From positions 1 through 12,996 of the forward strand of contig CBFDTJ010000042.1 of NCBI GenBank assembly GCA_965612865.1: 12,996 nt of DNA, written 5' to 3'. The position numbers and the translations under genes are program-made. The notes beneath the pieces are model-generated. The model made no database searches and was not told the origin of the DNA. It saw only the letters and a list, made by a program, of their open reading frames with translations. Positions 1-6,867 of this stretch are shown here, one piece after another. Position 1 is the first letter of the stretch. Every line of letters begins with the position of its first letter. Source of the stretch: an uncultured bacterium (lineage in GTDB: Bacteria; Caldisericota; Caldisericia; B22-G15).

Positions 1-2
1 TT

Positions 3-68
3 CAAGCAGAAGACGGCATACGAGATCATGCCTAGTCTCGTGGGCTCGGAGATGTGTATAAGAGACAG
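3..68 (+). other. Illumina Nextera P7 adapter read-through (sequencing artefact)
   Basis: CAAGCAGAAGACGGCATACGAGAT (P7, 3-26) + 8-nt index CATGCCTA (27-34) + GTCTCGTGGGCTCGG (35-49) + Tn5 mosaic end AGATGTGTATAAGAGACAG (50-68). Confidence 0.99.
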
Positions 69-431
69 ATGAATGACAGCACGGGAAAAATGTCCCAAGC
101 TGTGGAGATAAGATTTGGTGGTAGGAGTACAGGTATGGGCGCATATACGCAATACAGAGTGTTTTCATTAAGGCAGAAGAAGGAACTTAAGCCACATAGG
201 ACAGAGTCCAGCAAAACGGGAAATCACTGGACAGACGTATGGTTTTTGCTTCCTGGGAAATATTTTGTCTCCTGGGAGGATATTAGTAACAGCGGGAAGC
301 ATCGGTGTGGGTATGGTGTTCTTTTTGTGCTTAATGACAGTTATGTAGTTGAGAAGTGGAAAGGGGAGGTACCAGAGTTTGCAAAGGAAGCGCTTTGTAG
401 TTGTATGGCTGAGATAGAGCCAGAGTATTAG
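69..431 (+). CDS. hypothetical protein (5' end uncertain because it abuts the adapter)
   Basis: Track ORF 54..431 minus the adapter-derived MYKRQ. ATG at 69, or M-S-Q at 90, could be the start. Contains S-x-[TS]-G-[NK]-H twice. Confidence 0.75.
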   Translation: MNDSTGKMSQAVEIRFGGRSTGMGAYTQYRVFSLRQKKELKPHRTESSKTGNHWTDVWFLLPGKYFVSWEDISNSGKHRCGYGVLFVLNDSYVVEKWKGEVPEFAKEALCSCMAEIEPEY

Positions 432-443
432 GAGGTGGAGTGA

Positions 444-620
444 ATGAGTGAATTCAGGTGTATTTTTTCTAATAGTAACTTTTTTTGTGCGCTGTGTAGG
501 AATGAAACAATGCCAAACACATGTGAGTGTGTCGGGGACACTCGAGCGAGGAAGTGCTGTCCGTTGTGGCAGATGGTAGAGAGTCTTAGGTTGCTTGTTG
601 GAGTTAAGGAGGTAGAATAA
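444..620 (+). CDS. small Cys-rich hypothetical protein (58 aa)
   Basis: Hand-translated MSEFRCIFSNSNFFCALCRNETMPNTCECVGDTRARKCCPLWQ...KEVE*. GGAGGTGG RBS at 431. TAATG overlap with the next ORF. Confidence 0.75.
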   Translation: MSEFRCIFSNSNFFCALCRNETMPNTCECVGDTRARKCCPLWQMVESLRLLVGVKEVE

Positions 621-799
621 TGAACAGGAGGATGATGAATCTGTTAGTAATAACGGTGCCGTTTGAGGAGATGACGACAGAAGAGTTAGAGCAGTATGAA
701 AGAGATCCAGAGGTGGAAGTGAAGGTTGATGGTGATAGGCAGGTGGTTGTTATAAAGAGGCAGTATGAAGATAATGGGTGGTATAATGGGAAGGATTAA
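620..799 (+). CDS. small hypothetical protein (59 aa)
   Basis: Hand-translated MNRRMMNLLVITVPFEEMTTEELEQYERDPEVEVKVDGDRQVVVIKRQY...GKD*. AAGGAGGT RBS upstream. Fills the gap between its neighbours. Confidence 0.7.
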   Translation: MNRRMMNLLVITVPFEEMTTEELEQYERDPEVEVKVDGDRQVVVIKRQYEDNGWYNGKD

Positions 800-956
800 G
801 CCAGACAAAGTGTGGGATTTAAAGGACGAGTGTTGGGATGAGCCTTGCGATGAGCCTCCTTGCTTTTGTCCTCATGTTCCAGCTTGTAATCCAGAGGTGT
901 GTGATGAATGTCTAGAGGTCGGGGAAGAATATTGTGTTTTAAGGAGGAAAGAGTAG
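786..956 (+). CDS. small Cys-rich acidic hypothetical protein (56 aa, 8 Cys)
   Basis: Track ORF 765..956. Start moved to 786 because it sits in the recurrent GGTGGTATAATG junction motif. Confidence 0.7.
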   Translation: MGRIKPDKVWDLKDECWDEPCDEPPCFCPHVPACNPEVCDECLEVGEEYCVLRRKE

Positions 957-959
957 GAC

Positions 960-1367
960 ATGAAGGTTGAAGTGTTTGAGAAGGTTATGAAGTTGGATGA
1001 TTGCAGAGAGAGGTTGCTCAGGTACTGTCATAATGAACAGTGTAAGAAGTGGATGGAGTGTCCAGAGGAGCATGAGGAATGCAGAGATAGGTTAGGGTTT
1101 AGTACGGCTGTTGTGTGGGTGGTTGCGAATGAGGTTCATAAGTTTATTAATTTTATTGATTTTTATGATCGTCCTGTTTATTTGCAGAAGTATATTGAGG
1201 TTAACAGGTTTTTGGGAGGGTTATTGTATCTGGTAGATATTTTGTTGGAGGCTCTGGAGTATCATAGCGGTTATGAGAGGCTGGTCTATGAATTGAGAGA
1301 GTTGAAGTGTGGTTTGCAGGATGTTAGAAGTGTAATGAAAGATATGGAGAGGTATGTGATAAAATGA
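960..1367 (+). CDS. hypothetical protein
   Basis: 135 aa ORF on the same strand and with the same codon style as its neighbours. ATGA overlap with the next gene. Confidence 0.8.
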   Translation: MKVEVFEKVMKLDDCRERLLRYCHNEQCKKWMECPEEHEECRDRLGFSTAVVWVVANEVHKFINFIDFYDRPVYLQKYIEVNRFLGGLLYLVDILLEALEYHSGYERLVYELRELKCGLQDVRSVMKDMERYVIK

Positions 1368-1819
1368 AAAAGAAACTGTATCTTGGTAAGATGGATGGAA
1401 GCAGGTATGGGTATAAAAGTAAAGTGCATGTTGAGGTGGAAATAGAGATGAAAGAGGATGAGAAGGGAAGGGAGGTTATCAGTTTTGTTGGTGAAGTGAG
1501 GAGTCCGGTTGCAAGGAAGGTTATTGCACGTGGGCAGATACAGGATGAAATAAGGAAGGCAGTTGAGAGAGGAGAGCTTGATGAGATGGCAGAGAAGGTG
1601 GTTGAGTACTGGGACAGGTGGCATCTGAATAATTTGAGGGCTGGGTGTGAGCACCAGGAGAGGAGGATAAGAGAAATGAGGGAAGAGTTTTATGCTAAAA
1701 GTTTGGAAGAGAGGCTGGAGATGATGGGGAAGTGTCCGGAGTGCGGGTATGAGTATGGAAGCTGCTGGATATATGAGCCGTTGAGTGATGAGGTGGTGAG
1801 GTGGTATGAATCCTTATGA
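1364..1819 (+). CDS. hypothetical phage-type protein with a probable metal-binding C-terminus
   Basis: 151 aa. The motifs GQIQD, WDRWHLN, AGCEHQ and CPECGYEYGSCW resemble an uncharacterised phage family (from memory, not searched). Confidence 0.8.
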   Translation: MKKKLYLGKMDGSRYGYKSKVHVEVEIEMKEDEKGREVISFVGEVRSPVARKVIARGQIQDEIRKAVERGELDEMAEKVVEYWDRWHLNNLRAGCEHQERRIREMREEFYAKSLEERLEMMGKCPECGYEYGSCWIYEPLSDEVVRWYESL

Positions 1820-1919
1820 GCAGGAGTACTGTGAGGAATGGGACGAGGAAAATAAGAGATGTTTGAAAGATAATCCAGAAGAATGTTGGTATTATAGAAT
1901 TGGAAAATGCAGGTGGTGA
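1806..1919 (+). CDS. Cys-rich microprotein (37 aa)
   Basis: Hand-translated MNPYEQEYCEEWDEENKRCLKDNPEECWYYRIGKCRW*. GAGGTGGTGAGG RBS just upstream. Its stop codon lies inside the tRNA-like element. Confidence 0.6.
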   Translation: MNPYEQEYCEEWDEENKRCLKDNPEECWYYRIGKCRW

Positions 1920-1955
1920 TGGTTCCTTGGTGAGGTTCGATTCCTCACGCCTGCA
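1909..1955 (+). ncRNA. tRNA-like minihelix element (acceptor stem + T-arm, no D or anticodon arm)
   Basis: GCAGGTG (1909-1915) pairs with CGCCTGC (1948-1954), 6 Watson-Crick + 1 G.U, followed by discriminator-like A1955. T-arm is TGAGG-TTCGATT-CCTCA (1931-1947). Only 15 nt separate the acceptor 5' strand from the T-stem. Confidence 0.65.
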
Positions 1956-1969
1956 TGCCCGTAAGGGCA
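1956..1969 (+). promoter_or_regulatory. GNRA-tetraloop hairpin between the tRNA-like element and the next RBS
   Basis: TGCCC-GTAA-GGGCA, a perfect 5-bp stem, followed immediately by GGAGG (1970-1974) and ATG 1982. Confidence 0.55.
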
Positions 1970-1981
1970 GGAGGTTTGAGA

Positions 1982-2485
1982 ATGGTTGAGGCAAGAAAAA
2001 TAGATGAAGAGAAAGATAAGGCTGTGGTGATTGGAAGAGTGCCTTTTGAAATGGAAGAGGGAATGATGTATAAGGTGGTTGTCAGAGGACTGGGAGAGTA
2101 TGAAGGTGGTTACAAAGTGGATTTCGAGACAGGAGAGTATACAGGGGAAAAGATAAGGAATGTTGGGCTGGTAGTGTGTGATCCAGAAGACAGGGAGACG
2201 GAGTATATAATAAGTGAGGTCAGTTCGAGTGTGGCTGGAAATACGCTGGCAAGGAAGTTTGGAAAGAGAGATGATGATGGTGTGCTATGGCTGGCAGATG
2301 AATGGTTGAATAAAGTAATATGGATAGGATATAAGACAGTGGTACCAGAAGGAAGAGAGAGAGGTTATAAGAGGTACTATGTAACGGATACAGGAGAAGT
2401 GGCTGAGAAGTTCCCAGAGGAGCCAGCAACGGTAGGAGTAGAACAGAGGGAAGCGGTTGCAGAGGAAGATGAGGTGAGGATATGA
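1982..2485 (+). CDS. hypothetical protein, possible ssDNA-binding protein
   Basis: Track ORF 1955..2485 restarted at the ATG after GGAGG. Beta-strand-like body with many aromatics (GYKRYYV) and an acidic tail (EAVAEEDEVRI). Lies near the Sak4-like ATPase. The function is inference only. Confidence 0.55.
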   Translation: MVEARKIDEEKDKAVVIGRVPFEMEEGMMYKVVVRGLGEYEGGYKVDFETGEYTGEKIRNVGLVVCDPEDRETEYIISEVSSSVAGNTLARKFGKRDDDGVLWLADEWLNKVIWIGYKTVVPEGRERGYKRYYVTDTGEVAEKFPEEPATVGVEQREAVAEEDEVRI

Positions 2486-2742
2486 GGAATCTGGAAGAGG
2501 CGGCTGATATATACAGGAGGTTTGTGGAGAGAGTTAGGGAGACAGGTAAGTGTGGTCTGTTGATTAGTTTTGATATTAAGCCGGAGCATGCAGAGCTTGC
2601 GTTTCCAGGGTTGGCAGTGCTTGCTGAGAAGATTAGGGATAGTGTTGATATAACACCGACGGTTGTGCCGGTTGTTACTGAGGTTGATGATGCAGAGCAT
2701 GTTGAGGTTGTTGTGAGGAGGTTACAGGGGAATGAAGGTTGA
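2482..2742 (+). CDS. hypothetical protein
   Basis: 86 aa ORF, ATGA-coupled, with a GAGGTGAGG RBS. Confidence 0.8.
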   Translation: MRNLEEAADIYRRFVERVRETGKCGLLISFDIKPEHAELAFPGLAVLAEKIRDSVDITPTVVPVVTEVDDAEHVEVVVRRLQGNEG

Positions 2743-3013
2743 GTTTGAAAGAACGGTTGAAAGGGATGGAGTTGTAAGGTACATTATAAGCAGTGATAGT
2801 CTGGATATGCTGGAAAGGGTGCTTAATAGGGTTGATAGGAAGTTTGGTGATAATGTAGCATTGCATACAAGGAAGGATGGTGATTCATGGTGGATAGGGT
2901 ATAGAGAATATGGTTATAGTGCAAATAAGGAGCATGTTGAGAAGTTCGTTGAGCAGATGAGGGAAGCGAAAAAAGAAATAGAAACAAGCGAAAAGCTTGT
3001 TTTTTATATTTAA
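2732..3013 (+). CDS. hypothetical protein
   Basis: 93 aa ORF overlapping the previous gene, with consistent codon style. Confidence 0.8.
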   Translation: MKVEFERTVERDGVVRYIISSDSLDMLERVLNRVDRKFGDNVALHTRKDGDSWWIGYREYGYSANKEHVEKFVEQMREAKKEIETSEKLVFYI

Positions 3014-3019
3014 TTTTTT
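3000..3019 (+). promoter_or_regulatory. A/T-only tract: possible archaeal TATA box and/or oligo-T terminator
   Basis: TTTTTTATATTTAATTTTTT is 20 bp with no G or C and two T6 runs. It spans the stop at 3013, and its TTTATA core is about 25 bp before GTG 3032. Confidence 0.3.
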
Positions 3020-3031
3020 GGAGGTGGTAGA

Positions 3032-3229
3032 GTGGAGAATGAAATAGTAGTTACGTTGCCTGATTTGAGTAGAGTGTGTTTGAAGTTGTGGGGACGAATG
3101 CCTCTGGCGTTGTCTCTGGTTCATAATGATAGGGTTATACTTGAAGGAACTGATGTTGATATTATTGTTGAGAGGTTCATGCGTATGGTCAGAGAAGCAG
3201 TAGAGAAGCTTATGGAGGGTATGGAGTGA
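3032..3229 (+). CDS. small protein with an AbrB/MazE-like N-terminal domain
   Basis: NEIVVTLP...L.L...PL.L...DRVILE fits the swapped-hairpin pattern and aligns with the N-terminus of 4557..4925. GGAGGTGG RBS. Confidence 0.5.
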   Translation: MENEIVVTLPDLSRVCLKLWGRMPLALSLVHNDRVILEGTDVDIIVERFMRMVREAVEKLMEGME

Positions 3230-3894
3230 AAAGGAGTTTGTTTGTTCTGATTGTTGGGGAGACAGGGGTTGGAAAGAGTCATGCTGCGATGAGTTTAGGG
3301 AATAGTGTTATGCTGGATACGACGATAAACGGTGATGCAGAGGTGGCTGCGTGGAAGGTGTATGGTGATGAGTTTGGGGAGAGGTATTACAGGGTCAGTG
3401 AGTATGAGCAGTTGTGTAATGTGATAGAGGAATGTGAGGTACCGGTGGTTTGTATTGATACTGGTGATAGTTTGAGAGATGTGCTGGCAAGAGAGTATAT
3501 AAGGAGAGTTAATGAGGGAAGATCAGAGGATAAGAAGGTGAAGAAGATTTATCCAGTTACAGAGTGGGGAAAGGTTTATGATCTTGGGAGAGAGTTGTTT
3601 TATAGTTATGCCGGAGAAAAGACATTTGTTATAACAGAGGGAATGAAGGATGAGTATGTTGGAGATAAGCCTACAGGAAAGAAGGTGCCTGATGGATTGA
3701 AGATGTTACCAGCGATGGCAGATATAGTTGTTAATGTGAAGATTGTTGGAGGAAAAAGGAAGTTTCAGGTTGTTAAGAACAGGTTTATAGATAAGACAAG
3801 TGAGGAGTGGATAAAGGAGGTTGGTGATCTGAAGGTACTGTTTGATGAGATAGAAAAGGTTACAGGGTTCAAGAAGGAGTGGTTGGTGGTATAA
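3226..3894 (+). CDS. P-loop ATPase, AAA_24/Sak4-like (RecA-fold single-strand annealing protein family)
   Basis: Walker A GETGVGKS near the N-terminus, Walker B VVCIDT, 'EWGKV', 'ADIVV' and RecA-like 'VVKNRF'. The 222 aa size is typical. Confidence 0.8.
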   Translation: MKRSLFVLIVGETGVGKSHAAMSLGNSVMLDTTINGDAEVAAWKVYGDEFGERYYRVSEYEQLCNVIEECEVPVVCIDTGDSLRDVLAREYIRRVNEGRSEDKKVKKIYPVTEWGKVYDLGRELFYSYAGEKTFVITEGMKDEYVGDKPTGKKVPDGLKMLPAMADIVVNVKIVGGKRKFQVVKNRFIDKTSEEWIKEVGDLKVLFDEIEKVTGFKKEWLVV

Positions 3895-4175
3895 TGATGC
3901 ATAGATGTTTGTTGTGTGGGAAGCTTTTTGGATCATATCAGTTGATAGATGAAGTGTGTCAGGAGTGCAGAAGTGAATGTATAAGTAACAAAGATCAGTT
4001 TCTGGATGAGTATGAAGAGCTATGCAGAAGGTATCATCTGTGTGTTGATGCATGTGGGTGCTGTGATAGTCCTTTTATTTCGATTGTGCTTGATGATGAT
4101 ATTAGTGCTCATATACGTCATTTGAGAGGTGGTATTGATGAACAAAGAAATAAAGATAAAAGTGGAGAAAATTAA
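3894..4175 (+). CDS. Zn-finger/Cys-rich hypothetical protein
   Basis: CLLC...CQEC plus CGCC. Start moved to the TAATG overlap at 3894. Confidence 0.75.
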   Translation: MMHRCLLCGKLFGSYQLIDEVCQECRSECISNKDQFLDEYEELCRRYHLCVDACGCCDSPFISIVLDDDISAHIRHLRGGIDEQRNKDKSGEN

Positions 4176-4557
4176 TGAGCATATAGCAGTGCTGGAGGAT
4201 AAAGAAGCGATAAGGGAGCTGGTTGCTGGAGAAGGGAGGTATATAGCGGTGATAAGTGCTGGAGATATTGAATTGTGTGCAGAGATGGAAAAAGTGCGTC
4301 TTATGCCTTTTGTTGTTTCTCTGAGACCTAGGGAAACGAAGAAGATTACTGATTATTTGATGGTGGAGGATGAGTTTGATGTGTGTTATGAGGTTGTTAA
4401 AGCTACAAGAGCAAAGGCTATAGATGCAGTAGCCAGTGGTGCTTATTATGCTTATCGGGTGGATGTTGAAGGAGAACCGTTGCTTCTGTATGGATGGGGA
4501 TATTATCCGCCAGAGATGTACCTTGTGGCGCCGTATATGTTGAAGGAGGTGGTATAA
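4138..4557 (+). CDS. hypothetical protein
   Basis: Track ORF 4129..4557. ATG 4138 follows GAGGTGG. The C-terminal PLLL...YLVAPY is weakly sliding-clamp-like. Confidence 0.75.
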   Translation: MNKEIKIKVEKINEHIAVLEDKEAIRELVAGEGRYIAVISAGDIELCAEMEKVRLMPFVVSLRPRETKKITDYLMVEDEFDVCYEVVKATRAKAIDAVASGAYYAYRVDVEGEPLLLYGWGYYPPEMYLVAPYMLKEVV

Positions 4558-4941
4558 TGGAAAGAAGTGATAAGACAAGAAACAGTATTATGATCAGAAT
4601 ACCTGGTTTGGATGAAGTGTGTTTAGAGTTGTGGAAACAATCGCCTATTACATTATCACAATCTGGCGATGGAACAGTGATTATAGAAGAGATGAACAGT
4701 AGACTGAGAAAAGTTCAGGATCTATGTAATGTAAGATTACCAGAATGTGATGATGGTGATAGTAAGTCGATAGGTAGGTATTATCAGTGTTTAGCACTGC
4801 GGTATATACGTTCAGTGTGCATTGATATAGAGAGAGGAAATTTTTATGAAGCAGAGAATGGTGCTAATGATTTGTTACGATGTCTTCAGATGGCACAGCG
4901 TAAGTTAGAAAAATTGTTTCTTTAAGGAGGTGGTATAATGG
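4543..4941 (+). repeat. 18-bp exact direct repeat AAGGAGGTGGTATAATGG flanking one gene
   Basis: Copies at 4543-4560 and 4924-4941, 381 bp apart. The 12-bp core GGTGGTATAATG also occurs at 777-788 and 3885-3896. Confidence 0.9.
4557..4925 (+). CDS. protein with an AbrB/MazE-like N-terminal domain and a helical C-terminus
   Basis: Track ORF 4494..4925 restarted at TAATG 4557. NSIMIRIP...LEL...PITL...DGTVIIE resembles the AbrB/MazE pattern. Confidence 0.55.
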   Translation: MERSDKTRNSIMIRIPGLDEVCLELWKQSPITLSQSGDGTVIIEEMNSRLRKVQDLCNVRLPECDDGDSKSIGRYYQCLALRYIRSVCIDIERGNFYEAENGANDLLRCLQMAQRKLEKLFL

Positions 4942-5093
4942 CAGATATACAGAAAATTATTAGTGATGTGCGGTATTATGCTGATGAGATAGATCGGTAC
5001 CTTGTTGATGTGCGCTGGTATCTTGAGAAGCTGAGTAAGCGGATTGATAGGCTGGAAGATATGTTGAAAGAAGAGGATGAGGAGGTGGTATAG
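4938..5093 (+). CDS. small coiled-coil protein (51 aa)
   Basis: Hand-translated MADIQKIISDVRYYADEIDRYLVDVRWYLEKLSKRIDRLEDMLKEEDEEVV*. Heptad pattern and strong RBS. Confidence 0.75.
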   Translation: MADIQKIISDVRYYADEIDRYLVDVRWYLEKLSKRIDRLEDMLKEEDEEVV

Positions 5094-5243
5094 ATGTGGA
5101 AAAAGGAAAGGGAGAATAAAATAAGGGTGCTTATTGAGATGGATGAGGAGACAGAGGAGAAGGTGAGAGAGATTAAGGAGAGGTTTGCGTATACCTCTAA
5201 TAAGATTGTAGAGGAGGTGGTTAAGAAATGCCTGAGAGAATAA
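5094..5243 (+). CDS. ribbon-helix-helix (CopG/Arc-like) DNA-binding protein (49 aa)
   Basis: Hand-translated MWKKERENKIRVLIEMDEETEEKVREIKERFAYTSNKIVEEVVKKCLRE*: an alternating beta strand followed by two helices. Confidence 0.65.
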   Translation: MWKKERENKIRVLIEMDEETEEKVREIKERFAYTSNKIVEEVVKKCLRE

Positions 5244-5383
5244 AGAGAATAGGTGGGTATGTTGACAGGGGTGTGTATGAGAGAATGAAGAATAAGATAA
5301 AGGGAGAAGGGAAGATTGTCAGGTTGGTGCTTAAGCGGAAGCTTGAGGAATGGGTAGATGAGCAGCTTGCTGAGGTGGAGTAA
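5228..5383 (+). CDS. ribbon-helix-helix-like protein (51 aa)
   Basis: Hand-translated MPERIKRIGGYVDRGVYERMKNKIKGEGKIVRLVLKRKLEEWVDEQLAEVE*: strand, VD..VY helix, G turn, second helix. GGAGGTGG RBS. Confidence 0.6.
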   Translation: MPERIKRIGGYVDRGVYERMKNKIKGEGKIVRLVLKRKLEEWVDEQLAEVE

Positions 5384-5385
5384 AT

Positions 5386-6867
5386 TTGAATTACGAGTTC
5401 AGGTTTGACAGGTACAGGAAGTATCAGAAGGAGACGATAGAGAAGATAATTAAGGCTTTTGATGAGGTTGACTGTGTGATGTATTCGGCGCCACCTGGTG
5501 CAGGGAAGTCAGCTATAAATATGGCGGTTGCAAGTGTGTTTAGCAGTTCGTTCTATGTTCTTGGAGTAAAAGCATTGCAGGACCAGGTGAAGAAGTGGTT
5601 TCCAGAGGCTGGTGATATAAGAGGAAGAAGTAATTATATGTGTCCAGAGGAACCGGGAAGAACATGTGAGGATGCACTATGTACAAGAGAAAGAAAATAT
5701 AAGTGCAGGTCAGTGTGTCCGTATAAGGAAGCTAAGATGAATGCAGAGGCGTCAAAGGTGTGTCTTACGAATATATGGTATTACTATCTGGAGGGTGGGA
5801 GGTTTTTTGAGGATAGGGAATTACTGATTATAGATGAGGCTCATAATTTGCCAGAGCAGCTTGTTGATTTTGGTAGGGTTACTATAAGTCCAAGAACTGT
5901 TTTTGGGTTGTGGTATGATCTGAAGGACAGTAAAGATGTTGATTATATGATTGAGAGAATTGGAACAGAGATACTTTTTTATGAGAGTAAGGAGTGGTTG
6001 AGTGATGAAGATGCAAGGAAGGTAAGGATAATGAGAAATGTGCTGTTCAGGTTGAAGAATGTTGTGAGGGATGAGTTTGTTGAGGGAAGGTATAAGAATG
6101 CAAGAGTTTTTGTGCCGCTGTATTCTAAGTATCCAGCGAGGAGAGTATTTGATAGAGCTGAGAAAGTATTAATGTGTTCTGCAACGTTAAATCCGGATCT
6201 GATGGTTAGAGAGCTTGGATTGAGAGAATATTTTGGAAGAGGTAATACGATGTATTTCAGTGTGCCTTCGATATTTGACCCAAGGAGGAGACCATTATTC
6301 CTAGTACCTGTGTGTGAGTTTACGAAAGAAAAGCAGACGGAAGAGAATGTTGTAAAGATGAGGGAGATGATAAGGTTGATACTGGAAAAACATAAGGATG
6401 AGAGAGGTATAATATTTGTACCTGGATACAGGTATATGGAGATGCTGGACGGTATAAGTGATAGGTTGGTTTTTCATGGTAGAGAAGATAGAGGAGAGGT
6501 ACTGGATGAATGGATAAATAATGGTGGAGGAAATAAGGTACTGGTTGGTGTGAAGATGGAAGAAGGACTGGATCTTAAAGATGATCTCGCAAGATTTAGT
6601 ATAATAATGAAGGCTCCTTATCCTGATGTTACTGATATAAGGGTTAAGGAGAGGTTGAGAAGGAAGCACTGGAATTGGTATTTTTTGTTAACACAACAGG
6701 TTTTGTGTCAGGCTTATGGAAGGATAGTTAGAAGTGAGGATGATTATGGAACTGTATATGTACTTGATAAAGGAGCTGTTAAGATGTTGAAAAGAAAAGG
6801 AGTTCCAAAATGGATAAGAGAGGCTATGATTGAAGAAAAACAGAAGAGGCTGGAGGAGTTTGTATGA
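5386..6867 (+). CDS. SF2 DNA helicase, DinG/Rad3/XPD family with Fe-S cluster
   Basis: Q motif RKYQ, Walker A APPGAGKS, GRSNYMC...C...C...C...CPY Cys cluster, IIDEAHN, SATL, EGLDL, QAYGRIVRSEDDYG, LDK. TTG start after GAGGTGGAG. Confidence 0.93.
   Translation: MNYEFRFDRYRKYQKETIEKIIKAFDEVDCVMYSAPPGAGKSAINMAVASVFSSSFYVLGVKALQDQVKKWFPEAGDIRGRSNYMCPEEPGRTCEDALCTRERKYKCRSVCPYKEAKMNAEASKVCLTNIWYYYLEGGRFFEDRELLIIDEAHNLPEQLVDFGRVTISPRTVFGLWYDLKDSKDVDYMIERIGTEILFYESKEWLSDEDARKVRIMRNVLFRLKNVVRDEFVEGRYKNARVFVPLYSKYPARRVFDRAEKVLMCSATLNPDLMVRELGLREYFGRGNTMYFSVPSIFDPRRRPLFLVPVCEFTKEKQTEENVVKMREMIRLILEKHKDERGIIFVPGYRYMEMLDGISDRLVFHGREDRGEVLDEWINNGGGNKVLVGVKMEEGLDLKDDLARFSIIMKAPYPDVTDIRVKERLRRKHWNWYFLLTQQVLCQAYGRIVRSEDDYGTVYVLDKGAVKMLKRKGVPKWIREAMIEEKQKRLEEFV

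Noticed and set aside
50..68. Tn5 mosaic end as evidence of a transposon
   Set aside because: It is embedded in the P7/index adapter, and no transposase is present.
32..214. Minus-strand 60-aa ORF ending CLLYTSPSPRD
   Set aside because: The C-terminus is the translated Nextera adapter and the rest is antisense to a real gene.
1909..1955. The mini element as half of a split tRNA
   Set aside because: Both acceptor strands are present in cis and there is no anticodon-arm half, unlike trans-spliced tRNA halves.
777..4940. TGGTATAAT as bacterial extended -10 promoters
   Set aside because: At each of the four junction copies the motif overlaps the start codon and follows an SD-like sequence, so it is a translation junction. 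TFB and the tRNA point to an archaeal host.
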